DNA from: Microbacteriaceae bacterium MWH-Ta3
Lineage (GTDB): Bacteria > Actinomycetota > Actinomycetes > Actinomycetales > Microbacteriaceae
DNA: 45,310 nucleotides
Direction of reading: 5' to 3'
NCBI GenBank assembly: GCA_964202425.1
Contig: CAXNHY010000001.1
Span: 1 to 45,310, forward strand
Each line of letters starts with the position of its first letter. The stretch's first letter is position 1. The notes under the pieces were generated by a model. That model saw only the letters and a list, made by a program, of their open reading frames with translations. It ran no database searches and was not told where the DNA came from. This document shows, one piece after another, positions 1-10,052 of the stretch. The position numbers and the translations under genes were made by a program.

Positions 1-320
1 ACAGCGTCGTTGATGGTGTACTTGACCGTGAGGGGCTCGTCGCTGGTCTTCTCATACGAACCGAACTCTTCGCTCGTCAAGAGCGCAGGGGTGTTGTCGT
101 AGTAGTTGAAGCCTGAGTTGGCAACATACGAGGGAAGCAAGTTTGCAACGTTGTTGCCACTCGCCGACGACGCGTTGAACTCAGACGCGATGTCATTCCA
201 GGCGACCGTGATGGACGTACCTTCGATGACCTCGGACTGGTAAGGCAGTGCACATCCAGAGAGGACAAGTGCGCCCGCTCCGATGACAGCTGCCGAAGCG
301 AGAATTCGCTTAGATTTCAC
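1..320 (-). CDS. ABC transporter substrate-binding lipoprotein, peptide/family-5 type (5' part only; runs off the window start)
   Basis: Not in the ORF track. Manual translation from GTG at 320 after a GGAGG RBS gives MKSKRILASAAVIGAGALVLSGC (lipobox)...SGFNYYDNTP...PLTVKYTINDA, typical of actinobacterial family-5 SBPs; open to position 1. Confidence 0.85.
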   Translation of the reverse strand, partial: MKSKRILASAAVIGAGALVLSGCALPYQSEVIEGTSITVAWNDIASEFNASSASGNNVANLLPSYVANSGFNYYDNTPALLTSEEFGSYEKTSDEPLTVKYTINDA

Positions 321-488
321 TGTTTACCTCCTAGGAAGCGTGGTTTTTTGCGTCACATGTTTTGCGACCCACGCCGTGATGAATCCAACACTATTGCCGA
401 TAGCGTTGAGAGTAAAACCACGATGGATACGGTTCGGTAACGAAAACGCCTTCCGTGCTGAGCACGAAAGTGGAGGGGACACAAGAAA

Positions 489-1244
489 ATGGCACGAATT
501 AAGTGGGAAATCGTTATTGTTCTCGCGCTCTCTTACGGGATGTCGGCACTGTATTCGGTTGTGCGAATTGTCAATCGATTGCTCGATACAGCACCTCTCG
601 GCGCTCAAACAGCGACGTTGAACCGGCCCCTGGCGCAGCAGGAATTCTTCGATCTCATTTTTCAACTTCTCGGTGTCGCGAGCGGACTGGCGCCGGTTGC
701 CCTCGTGTTGTGGCTCGTGTGGCGTGACCGAAAACCCCACTTTGCCGACATCGGCCTCGGTTGGAATCCCGGCGAGCGCCTGGTTGGTCGGGAGCTTCTC
801 GCGGGTGTCGGTCTTGCTGCAGCCATAGGCATCCCCGGAATTGGTGTGTACCTTGCCGCCAAAGTACTCAACCTGGGGGTCACTATTGTCCCCACCGAAC
901 TCGACGCCCACTGGTGGACAGTTCCCGTATTGCTCCTGTGGGCACTTCGCGCAGGGCTCGGCGAAGAGATTGTCGTTGTCGGCTATTTGTTCACGCGTTT
1001 GCGTCAGCTCGGCTGGACACCGTGGGTAATTGTTGTGTCAGCTGCCGTACTCCGCGGAACGTATCACTTGTACCAGGGTTTCGGTGGTTTCCTCGGAAAC
1101 ATCGCAATGGGCCTGATTTTCGGGGCGATTTACCTGCGCACGAAACGACTTCTGCCGCTCATCACAGCACACGTCGCGATCGACACTGTCGCGTTTGTCG
1201 GATACCCGACCGCGCTCGCACTGTTTCCCGACGTTTTCGCCTAG
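489..1244 (+). CDS. CPBP/CAAX-family intramembrane glutamic endopeptidase
   Basis: Multi-TM protein with EE motif ([10 protein letters not shown]), HLYQG and a C-terminal AHxxxD motif. Confidence 0.88.
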   Translation: MARIKWEIVIVLALSYGMSALYSVVRIVNRLLDTAPLGAQTATLNRPLAQQEFFDLIFQLLGVASGLAPVALVLWLVWRDRKPHFADIGLGWNPGERLVGRELLAGVGLAAAIGIPGIGVYLAAKVLNLGVTIVPTELDAHWWTVPVLLLWALRAGLGEEIVVVGYLFTRLRQLGWTPWVIVVSAAVLRGTYHLYQGFGGFLGNIAMGLIFGAIYLRTKRLLPLITAHVAIDTVAFVGYPTALALFPDVFA

Positions 1245-4180
1245 TCGGCGAACGCTGACGGATCAGGGCACGCGCACGCGAGATTGCGGTCACCGTATGC
1301 TCCGTCAACTCGACGGACCGGTGGCCAGTACTTCGTTCGCTCGGTGCGAGGCAGGTCAGAATCCATCCCCAACCACGGGTACGCAGCGACTTCGCGTGAG
1401 TAGGAGTGGTTCCACTCGCCGACAAGGAGCGACTGAGCTGTGTGCGGTGCGTTAACGAGTGGGTTGTCGTCAGCGGGCCATTCACCGCGGGCGACTGCTT
1501 CTGCTTCGCGCTTGATTCCGATCATCGCTTCAACGAATCGGTCAAGTTCTCCGATGTCTTCACTCTCTGTTGGTTCGACCATCAGAGTTCCCGGCACTGG
1601 GAACGACATTGTTGGTGCGTGGAAACCGTAATCGACGAGTCGTTTGGCGACGTCGTCGACGGTTACGCCCGTTTCCGCCGTGAGTGGGCGGAGATCGAGG
1701 ATGCACTCGTGAGCAACGAGCCCGTTCTCGCCCGAATACAGGACGGGATAGTGCTCACGAAGTCGAGCAGCAACGTAGTTCGCTGAAAGAACAGCGGCTG
1801 CCGTCGCGTGGCGAAGGCCATCCGACCCCAGCATCCGCACATAAGCCCACGAAATGGGCAAAATGCTCGGGCTACCGAACGGCGCTGCCGCGATTGGCCC
1901 ACCGGCGTGGATGAACTCTCCCGGCTTCCCCGTCGCTGAATCGAACGCTGGGTGATTGACCGCTTGAGCCATCGGGTGCCCGGGCAAGAAAGGAGCCAAG
2001 TGAGCTTTCGCGGCAACTGGGCCAACACCGGGACCGCCGCCGCCGTGAGGAATGGCGAACGTCTTGTGGAGGTTGAGGTGCGAAACGTCTCCCCCGATGT
2101 CGCCGTAGCGGGCGAACCCGAGAAGCGCGTTGAGGTTTGCGCCGTCGATGTAGACCTGACCACCTGCGTCGTGGACCGCCGCGGTTATGGTCTTGATTCC
2201 GTGTTCGTAAACACCGTGAGTCGACGGGTAGGTGACCATGAGGGCTGCGAGAGTGTCGCGGTGCTCCTCGATTTTCGCGTTCAAGTCGGCGATGTCGACG
2301 TCACCGTTTTCCTCACACGCAACAACGACAACCTTCATCCCGGCCAGGATTGCGGATGCCGCGTTGGTGCCGTGGGCGCTCGACGGGATGATGCACGTGA
2401 CGCGGTGTGCGTCTCCGCGCGAAAGGTGGTAGCCGCGAATAGCGAGAAGGCCGGCAAGTTCACCCTGCGATCCAGCGTTGGGCTGAAGGCTGATCGTGTC
2501 GTAACCCGTCAACTCGACGAGCCACTCTTCCAACTGGGAAATGAGGAGAAGGTACCCGCCGACGTCGCTCACGGGTGCGTAGGGGTGCAGCCCGCCGAAC
2601 TCACGCCACGTGACGGCTTCCATCTCTGTCGCTGAGTTGAGCTTCATCGTGCACGATCCGAGCGGGATCATGCCGCGGTCGAGTGCATAGTCCTTGTCAG
2701 CGAGGCGCTTGAGGAAACGCATCATTGAGGTTTCGCTTCGGTACGAGTGGAACACGGGGTGCGTGAGGATCTCGTCACTACGCACGAAGGTCGCCTGGAT
2801 GGCTGTGTCGACAAGTGTCGGTGATGTCGTCGACTTCTCGGGCGCAAGTCCGAAAATCGGGTCGAGCAACACGTCGTCTCCGCCCGCAAGAATCCCCGTT
2901 GCATCACCAATGGACAGCTCGTCGAACGACAGTTGAATCGTGTCTGCGTCGACGACGTGAAGCAACACTCCACTCGAGTGTGCTGATTCGGCAATAGTCG
3001 ACGCTTTGCCTGGGACTCGAACCTGAACAGTGTCGAAGAAGGTGTCGTGAACAATGGTGTGGCCTGCAGCCGCAGCACGGCGCGCGAACCTCGCGGCCCG
3101 TTCCGCGACGGCGACAGCAATCTCGCGGAGCCCCTGCGGTCCGTGATACACGGCGTACATTGCCGCGAGAACTGCAAGGAGAACCTGGGCCGTACAAATG
3201 TTTGAGGTGGCCTTTTCACGGCGGATGTGCTGTTCGCGCGCCTGAAGCGTCAGACGATACGCGGGCTTTCCGTCAGCGTCTCGCGAAACTCCAATCAATC
3301 GTCCTGGCATCTGGCGCTCGAGGCCGGCTTTGACGGCGAAGAACGCTGAGTGAGGGCCACCGAAACCGAGCGGGACACCAAATCTCTGCGAGGAGCCAAG
3401 AACGATGTCTGCTCCCATCGATCCTGGGGAACGCAACAGCGTCAGCGCGAGAAGATCGCTGCCAACAATGGTCACAATTCCGGCGGCGGTTGCTGCCTCG
3501 AGGTCGCCGGCAATATCGCGAATTCGTCCTGATGCACCGGGATACTGAAGGTATGCCCCGAACGCACCGTCGGCGATCGCGTTTGCTCCATCACCGGCGG
3601 CAAAATCAACGAATCGAAGCTCAACACCGATCGGCTCAGCACGCGTTTCCAACACTGCGCGAACCTGCGGGAAGACGTCGACGTCAACGAGGAATGTCGT
3701 GGAGGCGTTGCCCGAGACTCGTCGCGCCATGAGCATCGCTTCAGCAGCAGCAGACGCTTCGTCAAGCATGCCCGCGTTTGCAGTGCCCATGCCCGTAAAG
3801 TCGCACACCATGGTTTGGAACGTGATGAGCGCTTCGAGCCGTCCCTGCGAAATCTCGGGCTGGTAAGGCGTATACGCCGTGTACCACGATGGGTTTTCCA
3901 GAATGTTCCGTTTAATGACCGACGGCATGACTGTCTCGTAATATCCGAGACCAATGAGGCTTCGGTTGACCGTGTTTTCGTTTGCGAGCGCTCGCAACTC
4001 TGCGAGCGCTTCTCGTTCACTGGCAGCTGCAGGAATGCGTGAGGCAAAATCACCCTGGCGAATTCCGCCGGGTACCGCGGCAGTCATCAACGCGTCGAGC
4101 GAGTCATAACCGAGTCGGTCGAGAAGTACGGACTGTGAATCGCCCGTAATGCCAATGTGTCGTGAACGGAAGTCGGCCAT
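1241..4180 (-). CDS. gcvP: Glycine dehydrogenase (decarboxylating), glycine cleavage P protein
   Basis: [52 protein letters not shown]-site [16 protein letters not shown]. Confidence 0.98.
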   Translation of the reverse strand: MADFRSRHIGITGDSQSVLLDRLGYDSLDALMTAAVPGGIRQGDFASRIPAAASEREALAELRALANENTVNRSLIGLGYYETVMPSVIKRNILENPSWYTAYTPYQPEISQGRLEALITFQTMVCDFTGMGTANAGMLDEASAAAEAMLMARRVSGNASTTFLVDVDVFPQVRAVLETRAEPIGVELRFVDFAAGDGANAIADGAFGAYLQYPGASGRIRDIAGDLEAATAAGIVTIVGSDLLALTLLRSPGSMGADIVLGSSQRFGVPLGFGGPHSAFFAVKAGLERQMPGRLIGVSRDADGKPAYRLTLQAREQHIRREKATSNICTAQVLLAVLAAMYAVYHGPQGLREIAVAVAERAARFARRAAAAGHTIVHDTFFDTVQVRVPGKASTIAESAHSSGVLLHVVDADTIQLSFDELSIGDATGILAGGDDVLLDPIFGLAPEKSTTSPTLVDTAIQATFVRSDEILTHPVFHSYRSETSMMRFLKRLADKDYALDRGMIPLGSCTMKLNSATEMEAVTWREFGGLHPYAPVSDVGGYLLLISQLEEWLVELTGYDTISLQPNAGSQGELAGLLAIRGYHLSRGDAHRVTCIIPSSAHGTNAASAILAGMKVVVVACEENGDVDIADLNAKIEEHRDTLAALMVTYPSTHGVYEHGIKTITAAVHDAGGQVYIDGANLNALLGFARYGDIGGDVSHLNLHKTFAIPHGGGGPGVGPVAAKAHLAPFLPGHPMAQAVNHPAFDSATGKPGEFIHAGGPIAAAPFGSPSILPISWAYVRMLGSDGLRHATAAAVLSANYVAARLREHYPVLYSGENGLVAHECILDLRPLTAETGVTVDDVAKRLVDYGFHAPTMSFPVPGTLMVEPTESEDIGELDRFVEAMIGIKREAEAVARGEWPADDNPLVNAPHTAQSLLVGEWNHSYSREVAAYPWLGMDSDLPRTERTKYWPPVRRVDGAYGDRNLACACPDPSAFAD

Positions 4181-4184
4181 GTTC

Positions 4185-4556
4185 TTACTCGGCGATCATT
4201 GCTTCGTAGTCGTCCGCTGACATGACGTCACCGATCGAGGAGAAGTTGACGGAGAACAACCATCCGGCGCCGTAGGGGTCGGAGTTGACCAACTCGGGCG
4301 AGTCGATGACGGCCTGGTTTGCTTCGACAATGTCACCTGAGACCGGGGCGAAGAGTTCGCCAACAGACTTAGTCGACTCAGCCTCACCGACGATGGAGCC
4401 GGCTGAAATTGTGGTTCCAGCCTTGGGCAGGTCGACGTACACGATGTCGCCAAGAGCGTCAGCTGCATACTGTGTGATTCCAACGACGGCAACACTGCCT
4501 TCGACGCGAATCCATTCGTGTTCGCTGGTGTACTGAAGGTTTGCGGGGATACTCAT
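4185..4556 (-). CDS. gcvH: Glycine cleavage system H protein
   Basis: HEW...VGITQYA...[10 protein letters not shown], lipoyl-lysine [15 protein letters not shown]. Confidence 0.97.
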   Translation of the reverse strand: MSIPANLQYTSEHEWIRVEGSVAVVGITQYAADALGDIVYVDLPKAGTTISAGSIVGEAESTKSVGELFAPVSGDIVEANQAVIDSPELVNSDPYGAGWLFSVNFSSIGDVMSADDYEAMIAE

Positions 4557-5659
4557 GAGCGGGCCTTTCGAGAATAGAAGGGTAAAGGTACTACAACTGC
4601 TGGTATTTCTGTTCCGCGGACATCGACGGTGACGGTCGTGCCGAGCTCCGCAAAATCTGGTTCGATGAGCGCAAAGGCGATGGGGAAACCAAGGGTTGGT
4701 GACAGCGCACCCGAGGTGACAACGCCAATTGTCCTCCCGTTTGCGTGAACCGGGTAGTCGGCTCGCCCCGCTCGCTTGCCCTCCGACTGAAGCCCAACGA
4801 GTCGCGGCGCGTTAGCTGAGACACCGGCCATCACACCGTCTCGGCCAACGAAATTGTCCTTTGACATATCGACAACCTTTTCCATTCCGACCTGGACTGG
4901 CTTGAGGTCGAGCGACAGTTCGTGACCGTACAGCGGCATTCCCGCCTCGAGTCGAAGCGTGTCCCGGCAGGCAAGCCCGCAGGCGAGCAAATCAAATTCC
5001 GCACCTGCAGCTTCGAGTGCACGCCACAAATCAGCGGCGTGCGCGTTGTCGATGTAGAGTTCGAAACCGTCTTCTCCGGTGTAGCCGGTGCGGCCGACGA
5101 GAACGGACTCGCCGTTGAATTCACGGGGCAGGCATCTGTAGTAACCGAGTTCGGCAAGCCCCTCCGCCGAGAAACCCTGGGTTGCCTCAAGAATCGCAAG
5201 AGCGTTCGGGCCCTGCACCGCAATGAGGGCAACTTCTTCCGACCGATCCTCAACGACGCAATCAAAAGATTCTGCGCGATCACGAATCGCCGCGGCTGCT
5301 GGGAATCGGTTTCCTGCATTCGCGACAACCAAAAACTTTTCTTCCCCGAGTCGGTAGACAATGACGTCATCGACAACCGTCCCCGCCTCTGACAAGATAA
5401 GCGAGTACTTTGCGCGGCCAAGCGGAATCGACGACAGTGTTCCGGCGAGCGCGTAATCGAGAGCGGCGGCGGCTCCTGGGCCCGTGAGGTAAATCTCGGC
5501 CATGTGAGACAAGTCGAAAATGCCAGCAGATGATCGGACCGCGTGGTGCTCAGCGAGGTCAGAGGTGTACCGAACGGGCATGTCCCATCCCGCGAAATCG
5601 GTGAAAGACGCTCCGCGTTCGCGATGGATTGCATCAAGCGGTGATTGCGTGAGTGTCAT
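4553..5659 (-). CDS. gcvT: Glycine cleavage system aminomethyltransferase T
   Basis: FAGWDMP, FDLSHM, RTGYTGEDGFE, RDTLRLEAGMPLYG. Start moved to ATG 5659 (GGAGG RBS) because the longer ORF runs into the riboswitch. Confidence 0.96.
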   Translation of the reverse strand: MTLTQSPLDAIHRERGASFTDFAGWDMPVRYTSDLAEHHAVRSSAGIFDLSHMAEIYLTGPGAAAALDYALAGTLSSIPLGRAKYSLILSEAGTVVDDVIVYRLGEEKFLVVANAGNRFPAAAAIRDRAESFDCVVEDRSEEVALIAVQGPNALAILEATQGFSAEGLAELGYYRCLPREFNGESVLVGRTGYTGEDGFELYIDNAHAADLWRALEAAGAEFDLLACGLACRDTLRLEAGMPLYGHELSLDLKPVQVGMEKVVDMSKDNFVGRDGVMAGVSANAPRLVGLQSEGKRAGRADYPVHANGRTIGVVTSGALSPTLGFPIAFALIEPDFAELGTTVTVDVRGTEIPAVVVPLPFYSRKARS

Positions 5660-5709
5660 GAATCCTCCGGGTGTCATCGCACAAACGCGGCACGTCTGCG
5701 TGACTCCCC

Positions 5710-5872
5710 CTCTGTTTCGGGACCTGAGAGTTTCGGGCATAAGCCCTTTCACCGACGGCGGAGGAGTTAACCTCGCTTTTCAGAGTGACCTGGCACTGCG
5801 GTACGCGGACCTGAGAGTTTGGCGGGGAGGCTTGCTCCTTCGGTGACCGGCTAGCCGGTCTCTCCCGCAGTG
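5710..5872 (-). ncRNA. Tandem glycine riboswitch (aptamer 1 about 5794-5872, aptamer 2 about 5710-5785)
   Basis: Minus strand reads CACTGCGGGAGAG...CACCGAAGGAGCAA...AAACTCTCAGG...CCGCAGTG, then CTCTGAAAAG...CGCCGTCGGTGAAAG...AAACTCTCAGG...ACAGAG. It lies directly upstream of gcvT, with a candidate -10 TAGACT near 5902-5907. Confidence 0.95.
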
Positions 5873-5957
5873 TTGAGCGGTCGTGTTGAGTTGTGCTGTC
5901 AGTCTAACGCCGCGGGCGCGTTTTGGCTCTGCCCGATTAGCGTTTCTCGAGCCCGAT

Positions 5958-6344
5958 TTAAGGCCTAGTCCAACCATCGGCTTCGAGAACTTGCATCTTC
6001 TCCTCGATAAGGACGGCGATGAGCTCTTGTGACAAGGGTTCGTCGACTCGAAAGTGCAGCGACGACATCGTTCGAGTGAAACCCTCGAGGTGCCTCTCGA
6101 TCCCGACAAAGACCCGACCGCTGTGCGGCAAGAACGCACAGTGGTTCTTGAACGCTGCGATGCCGGCAACGACTTTGCCATTCACCACGAACCCTGGCAT
6201 TCCATATGAGATCTTTTGGGTCGCGTTCGGGATGACGGCCAGTATTCGCCGGCGCACCTCTTCGAGCGTCGAGCGCTTGGGCTCAGGCAGCGCCTGGATG
6301 TAGGCGTCAACTTCGGCAACACCTGCGCCCGGGTCGTTAGACAA
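5958..6344 (-). CDS. DUF1801 (YdhG-like) domain protein
   Basis: EVDAYI..LP...L..VR..I.......ISYGMPGF pattern, H..F.P and L.F..DEPL. Start placed at TTG 6344 overlapping the trkA stop; start uncertain. Confidence 0.8.
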   Translation of the reverse strand: MSNDPGAGVAEVDAYIQALPEPKRSTLEEVRRRILAVIPNATQKISYGMPGFVVNGKVVAGIAAFKNHCAFLPHSGRVFVGIERHLEGFTRTMSSLHFRVDEPLSQELIAVLIEEKMQVLEADGWTRP

Positions 6345-7035
6345 TTTGGGCAAATTCCTCTGCTGCGCGGGTCGAACCGCCAACGAGAATGACGTCGCCG
6401 TCGACCAGTTCTGACAGTGAATCCGCCGGGAGCCACACCGCGTCATCGTGTCGAATTGCGAGGATGGTGACATTAAACCGTGATCGAACACGCGATTCCC
6501 CGAGCGTACGTCCAACGAGCTCACTGTTTGCGGTCATCTTGACGATGACATAGTCGTTGTCAATTTCGAGGAAATCGAGAGCTGCACCTCGCACGAGGTG
6601 GGCCACGCGACGACCCATTTCCTTCTCAGGGTAAACAACGTGGTGAACGCCAAGTTGACTGAGAATTCGTCCGTGGGCGTCGTTTAGTGCCTTGGCCCAA
6701 ATTGATGGAATCCCGAGGCTGACGAGCATCGACGCTGTGAGGATGCTGGCCTGCAAATCTGACCCAATTGCGACAACCACGCGCTCGAACTGGTCGACGG
6801 ATAGCTCCCGCAAGACCTCTTCGCGAGTTGAATCTGCGACCACAACCCGAGTCAGCTGACCGTTGAGGCGTTGCACGACATCCTCGCGTGCGTCAATTCC
6901 AAGGACCTCGGTACCCGTATTCATGAGCTCAATAGCGAGTTCTTGGCCGAAGCGGCCCAACCCTATGACGGCGACGCTGTCCGCCCTCGCGATTCGACTG
7001 CCGCTCACTCCGGTGAAGATGCTGTTCTTAGCCAA
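6337..7035 (-). CDS. trkA: TrkA/KtrA family K+ uptake NAD-binding subunit
   Basis: VAVIGLGRFG Rossmann motif, VVYPEKEMG, C-terminal RCK-C domain; adjacent to a TrkH-type gene. Confidence 0.92.
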   Translation of the reverse strand: MAKNSIFTGVSGSRIARADSVAVIGLGRFGQELAIELMNTGTEVLGIDAREDVVQRLNGQLTRVVVADSTREEVLRELSVDQFERVVVAIGSDLQASILTASMLVSLGIPSIWAKALNDAHGRILSQLGVHHVVYPEKEMGRRVAHLVRGAALDFLEIDNDYVIVKMTANSELVGRTLGESRVRSRFNVTILAIRHDDAVWLPADSLSELVDGDVILVGGSTRAAEEFAQIV

Positions 7036-8344
7036 TTGCTGGCCTTTCTTTCGGGAACTGATACAGCGGTGGTCGTTGTTTCAACGCAAGCGATGCGCCG
7101 ATAGTGAGTGGTCCAATGCGACCAACAAACATCAACACCACGAGAATAGTCTGCGATACGGGGTCGAGGCTCGCGGACAGACCAGTGCTCGACCCGACAG
7201 TGGCGAACGCCGAAATCACTTCGAACATCACGAAGTCAAGCCGCTCTTTGGAGATGTACACGATGGCGATCGTTGCTGCCATCACCGCGCCAACCGCGAA
7301 AAGCGCGATGGTGATGGCTTCGCGGTGAACGGCTCGAGAAAGACGCTTTCCGAAAATGTTGACAACGCTGTCCCCACGCAGCTCGGCGAACACGATAAAC
7401 ATCAGGACGGCAAACGTTGTCACCTTGATCCCACCGCCAGTTCCACCTGGACCGGCCCCGATGAACATGAGGATGTCGAGGACAAGCAGCGTCTCTGGGT
7501 TCGCTTTGGCGAGGTCGACGGTGTTGAAGCCAGAAGACCTGGCCTGAACGGAGTGGAAAAACGCTGTCTGAATCTTGTCGATGATTGGCATCGGTCCGAG
7601 AGTGTTGGGATTACTCCATTCAAAGGCGGCAAAAGCGACTGCCCCGACGAAAAACAGGATGACGAACATGAAAATCACCAGATTGGTGTTCATGTTCCAG
7701 CGATGTACGTGCCGGAACTCTTTGCGGAGTTGCGCGAGGACAGGGTATCCAAAACTCCCGAGGATAATGGCCACACACAGTGTTGCCGTGATCCACGGGT
7801 CCGTTGCGAACCCGGTCATGCTGTCGCTGTAGAGCGCAAAACCGGCGTTGTTGAAAGCGGACACGGAGTGGAACACGCCGTGCCACAGTGCGCTGCCCCA
7901 GTCGTGGTCATACGCCTCGTAAAACCGCACAGTGAGAATCGCTGCGAGTATCCCCTCGATGGTGAACGTGAGCTTAGCGATCCCCTTCATCGTGCGAACA
8001 ATGTCAGACGAGCTCAGCGAACTGTTCTCTTGGCCGGCGTCCATGCGCGATGAGAGGGTCAGGCGTCGACCAATAAACAGTGCGACAGCTGACGCAAGGA
8101 ACATGATTCCCAAACCACCCAATTGAATTAGGGCCAAAATCGTGACGTGCCCAACGGGTGTCCACGCAATTGCCGTATCAACAGTGGTCAGGCCCGTCAC
8201 GCAGAGTGCCGAAACCGAAGTGAAGACCGCATCGAGTGCTGAGATGTCGACGGCTCCGCTGTGTGACACAGGCATGAAGAGAATCACCGTGCCGACGAGC
8301 GCGGCGCTCAACATGCTGAGGACAATTCGGAGCCCAGGCCTCAT
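7028..8344 (-). CDS. trkH: TrkH/KtrB family K+ uptake membrane subunit
   Basis: Pore motifs SALCVTGL, SAFNNAGF, ARSSGF, SAFATVG, plus TGGGIK and MFVGRIG. Start at ATG 8344 forms an ATGA overlap with the upstream MFS stop. Confidence 0.92.
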   Translation of the reverse strand: MRPGLRIVLSMLSAALVGTVILFMPVSHSGAVDISALDAVFTSVSALCVTGLTTVDTAIAWTPVGHVTILALIQLGGLGIMFLASAVALFIGRRLTLSSRMDAGQENSSLSSSDIVRTMKGIAKLTFTIEGILAAILTVRFYEAYDHDWGSALWHGVFHSVSAFNNAGFALYSDSMTGFATDPWITATLCVAIILGSFGYPVLAQLRKEFRHVHRWNMNTNLVIFMFVILFFVGAVAFAAFEWSNPNTLGPMPIIDKIQTAFFHSVQARSSGFNTVDLAKANPETLLVLDILMFIGAGPGGTGGGIKVTTFAVLMFIVFAELRGDSVVNIFGKRLSRAVHREAITIALFAVGAVMAATIAIVYISKERLDFVMFEVISAFATVGSSTGLSASLDPVSQTILVVLMFVGRIGPLTIGASLALKQRPPLYQFPKERPAIG

Positions 8345-9537
8345 GTGCGGGTGACCTCGGGATCCGGTTTGGTCACGCCGCTCACCGTTGCGCTGTAAAT
8401 CAGGAAAGCAACGGGTATGAGGAAGGCTCCAAAGATTCCGATGACGGCACTCGCTCCACCGAGAATCGGACCGACCCCCAGATTTCCGAAGTACACCCAC
8501 GTCCACAGGATGCTTTGCGAGCGGCTCGCGGTTTTCTGATTGTCGGTCGTTGCCGATACGGCCATGGCAATCGGAAGTGAGTTGCCAATTCCCCAGAGGA
8601 GTGCACCGACCAGTTCGAACGGTCCGAACTGCGTCAACGAGAACAGGCCGACACCGACAGCGGCGAGGATTGCTGAATAGAGAACAACCTTTGCTCGACC
8701 AAAGCGGTCGACAATGCGCCCCCCGACGATTCGTGAGACTGCCATTCCCAACGAGAACAGCGTGTATGCGAAAGCGGCTTCGGCCTGAGTGCGACCAGCT
8801 TCAACGAGCGCAAGCGGGATAAAGATTGCCGCGGCACCCTCGGCGAGGACGAACACAAAAGCAATCGATGAGATAACCGACACGCGTTTGGTTGCAGCTG
8901 GCGTGAGTTTGGGTCGAACCTCGGTGGTCTCCGTGACGTCATGAACCGGTTTTCCGTGGCCTGCTGGTATCCCCGCGACTCGATACACGGCGAAAGCCCC
9001 AACGGCCAGGAGGGTCACACCGACCTGAACCTCAAGTGGAACGTTCGCCACGATGAGAACGCTCGTGAAGAGCGCACCGGCCAAAACTCCGATTGAATAG
9101 CCGCCGTGCAACATGGGCAATCGGCTCTTTGCCGCGTTGCGGTCGAGCTCAGACCCTTCGACGTTCGAGACGAAATCTGCGGCTCCGAACGGTAAACCGT
9201 AGGCGAACAACGCCACCGCGGTGAGCGGGAAGTTTCCGATCGCGACACCGATAATGGCAAGCGCCATTGCGGATGGCATACCCACGAACGTCATAATTGC
9301 GAGGACCCTCGAGCCGCGAAGCGCCACGAGTCGTCCCGAACCCAACACTCCGATGATCGCACCCGCGGCAAGAAGAGTTGCCAGGATTCCCATGTCAGAG
9401 ATCGTGATGCCGAGTCGCTCTTGAACTTCCGGTCCACGACTTGACCACGATGAGTACAAGAAACCGCGACCGAAAAACATCGTGAAAACGGTCACGAACC
9501 ACACGGTCGCGGGGTACTGCTTCATGGTTTTGGGCAC
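8341..9537 (-). CDS. MFS transporter (YbjJ-like)
   Basis: About 12 TM segments, motif A GRIVDRFGR, LPMLHGGYSIG, AEG. Start GTG 9537 is 6 nt after TAGGCT (alternative start 9540). Confidence 0.85.
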   Translation of the reverse strand: MPKTMKQYPATVWFVTVFTMFFGRGFLYSSWSSRGPEVQERLGITISDMGILATLLAAGAIIGVLGSGRLVALRGSRVLAIMTFVGMPSAMALAIIGVAIGNFPLTAVALFAYGLPFGAADFVSNVEGSELDRNAAKSRLPMLHGGYSIGVLAGALFTSVLIVANVPLEVQVGVTLLAVGAFAVYRVAGIPAGHGKPVHDVTETTEVRPKLTPAATKRVSVISSIAFVFVLAEGAAAIFIPLALVEAGRTQAEAAFAYTLFSLGMAVSRIVGGRIVDRFGRAKVVLYSAILAAVGVGLFSLTQFGPFELVGALLWGIGNSLPIAMAVSATTDNQKTASRSQSILWTWVYFGNLGVGPILGGASAVIGIFGAFLIPVAFLIYSATVSGVTKPDPEVTRT

Positions 9538-9558
9538 CACGCAAGCCTATTGGTCGAG

Positions 9559-10047
9559 TTAGCCGTTCTGGCGCTCGAGATAAGCCTCGAGCGAGTCGAA
9601 GTAGCTCTCCATTCCTTCGCGGCTCGCTTCAGCCTGCTCGGCTGGCATTTCACCGAACTGCGAGAACCTCACGCGTGTCCCAGGGCCAGTTTCCTCGACG
9701 TCAATCACAATCGTGTGAAACGGCGCACCGTCATCGCGCGCGATGAATTCCGCTTCATCCTGCGAATAGGAAAGTGAATGTTCGAGTCTCGACATGGGCA
9801 CAACATCGGAGTATCGACCCCAAAAGTACGCAACCATGTCGTTCATCGGCACATCAACGGCAATCGCCCACTGCCCACCGACGTGCGCCTCCGAGACTGC
9901 TGAGCCGGGTACAACGGAAAGAACGGTTGGGCTGTACCACGCTTCAAGTTCGTCAGCATTCGTCCATGCACTCCACACGCGCGAGACGTCGTGCCGAAAC
10001 TCCCGCTCAACGAAGTACACAAGCGCCCTGTTTTCGATGTGAGTCAA
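9559..10047 (-). CDS. SRPBCC/AHSA1-like domain protein
   Basis: EREF.HDVSRVWSAWT...L.AW, GG.W, C-terminal helix EGMESYFDSLEAYL. Confidence 0.85.
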   Translation of the reverse strand: MTHIENRALVYFVEREFRHDVSRVWSAWTNADELEAWYSPTVLSVVPGSAVSEAHVGGQWAIAVDVPMNDMVAYFWGRYSDVVPMSRLEHSLSYSQDEAEFIARDDGAPFHTIVIDVEETGPGTRVRFSQFGEMPAEQAEASREGMESYFDSLEAYLERQNG

Positions 10048-10052
10048 CCTGC

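Noticed and set aside
77-621. ORF-track calls 77-268, 283-621 and 324-911
   Set aside because: Better explained by the truncated minus-strand SBP gene, its promoter region and the CPBP gene.
489-1244. CPBP/Abi protein as a phage defence system
   Set aside because: A solitary CAAX-protease-like gene with no defence context; the family is a common membrane protease group.
5660-5752. N-terminal extension of gcvT, and similar ORF-track extensions of trkH, xseA, rmuC, DUF1801, the ABC ATPase, DoxX and YciI
   Set aside because: The extensions overlap the riboswitch or neighbouring genes; downstream starts have an RBS, a leaderless -10 or a stop-start overlap.
5720-5820. Direct repeat GGACCTGAGAGTTT as a possible CRISPR or mobile-element repeat
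   Set aside because: Only two copies, and they are the conserved cores of the two glycine aptamers.
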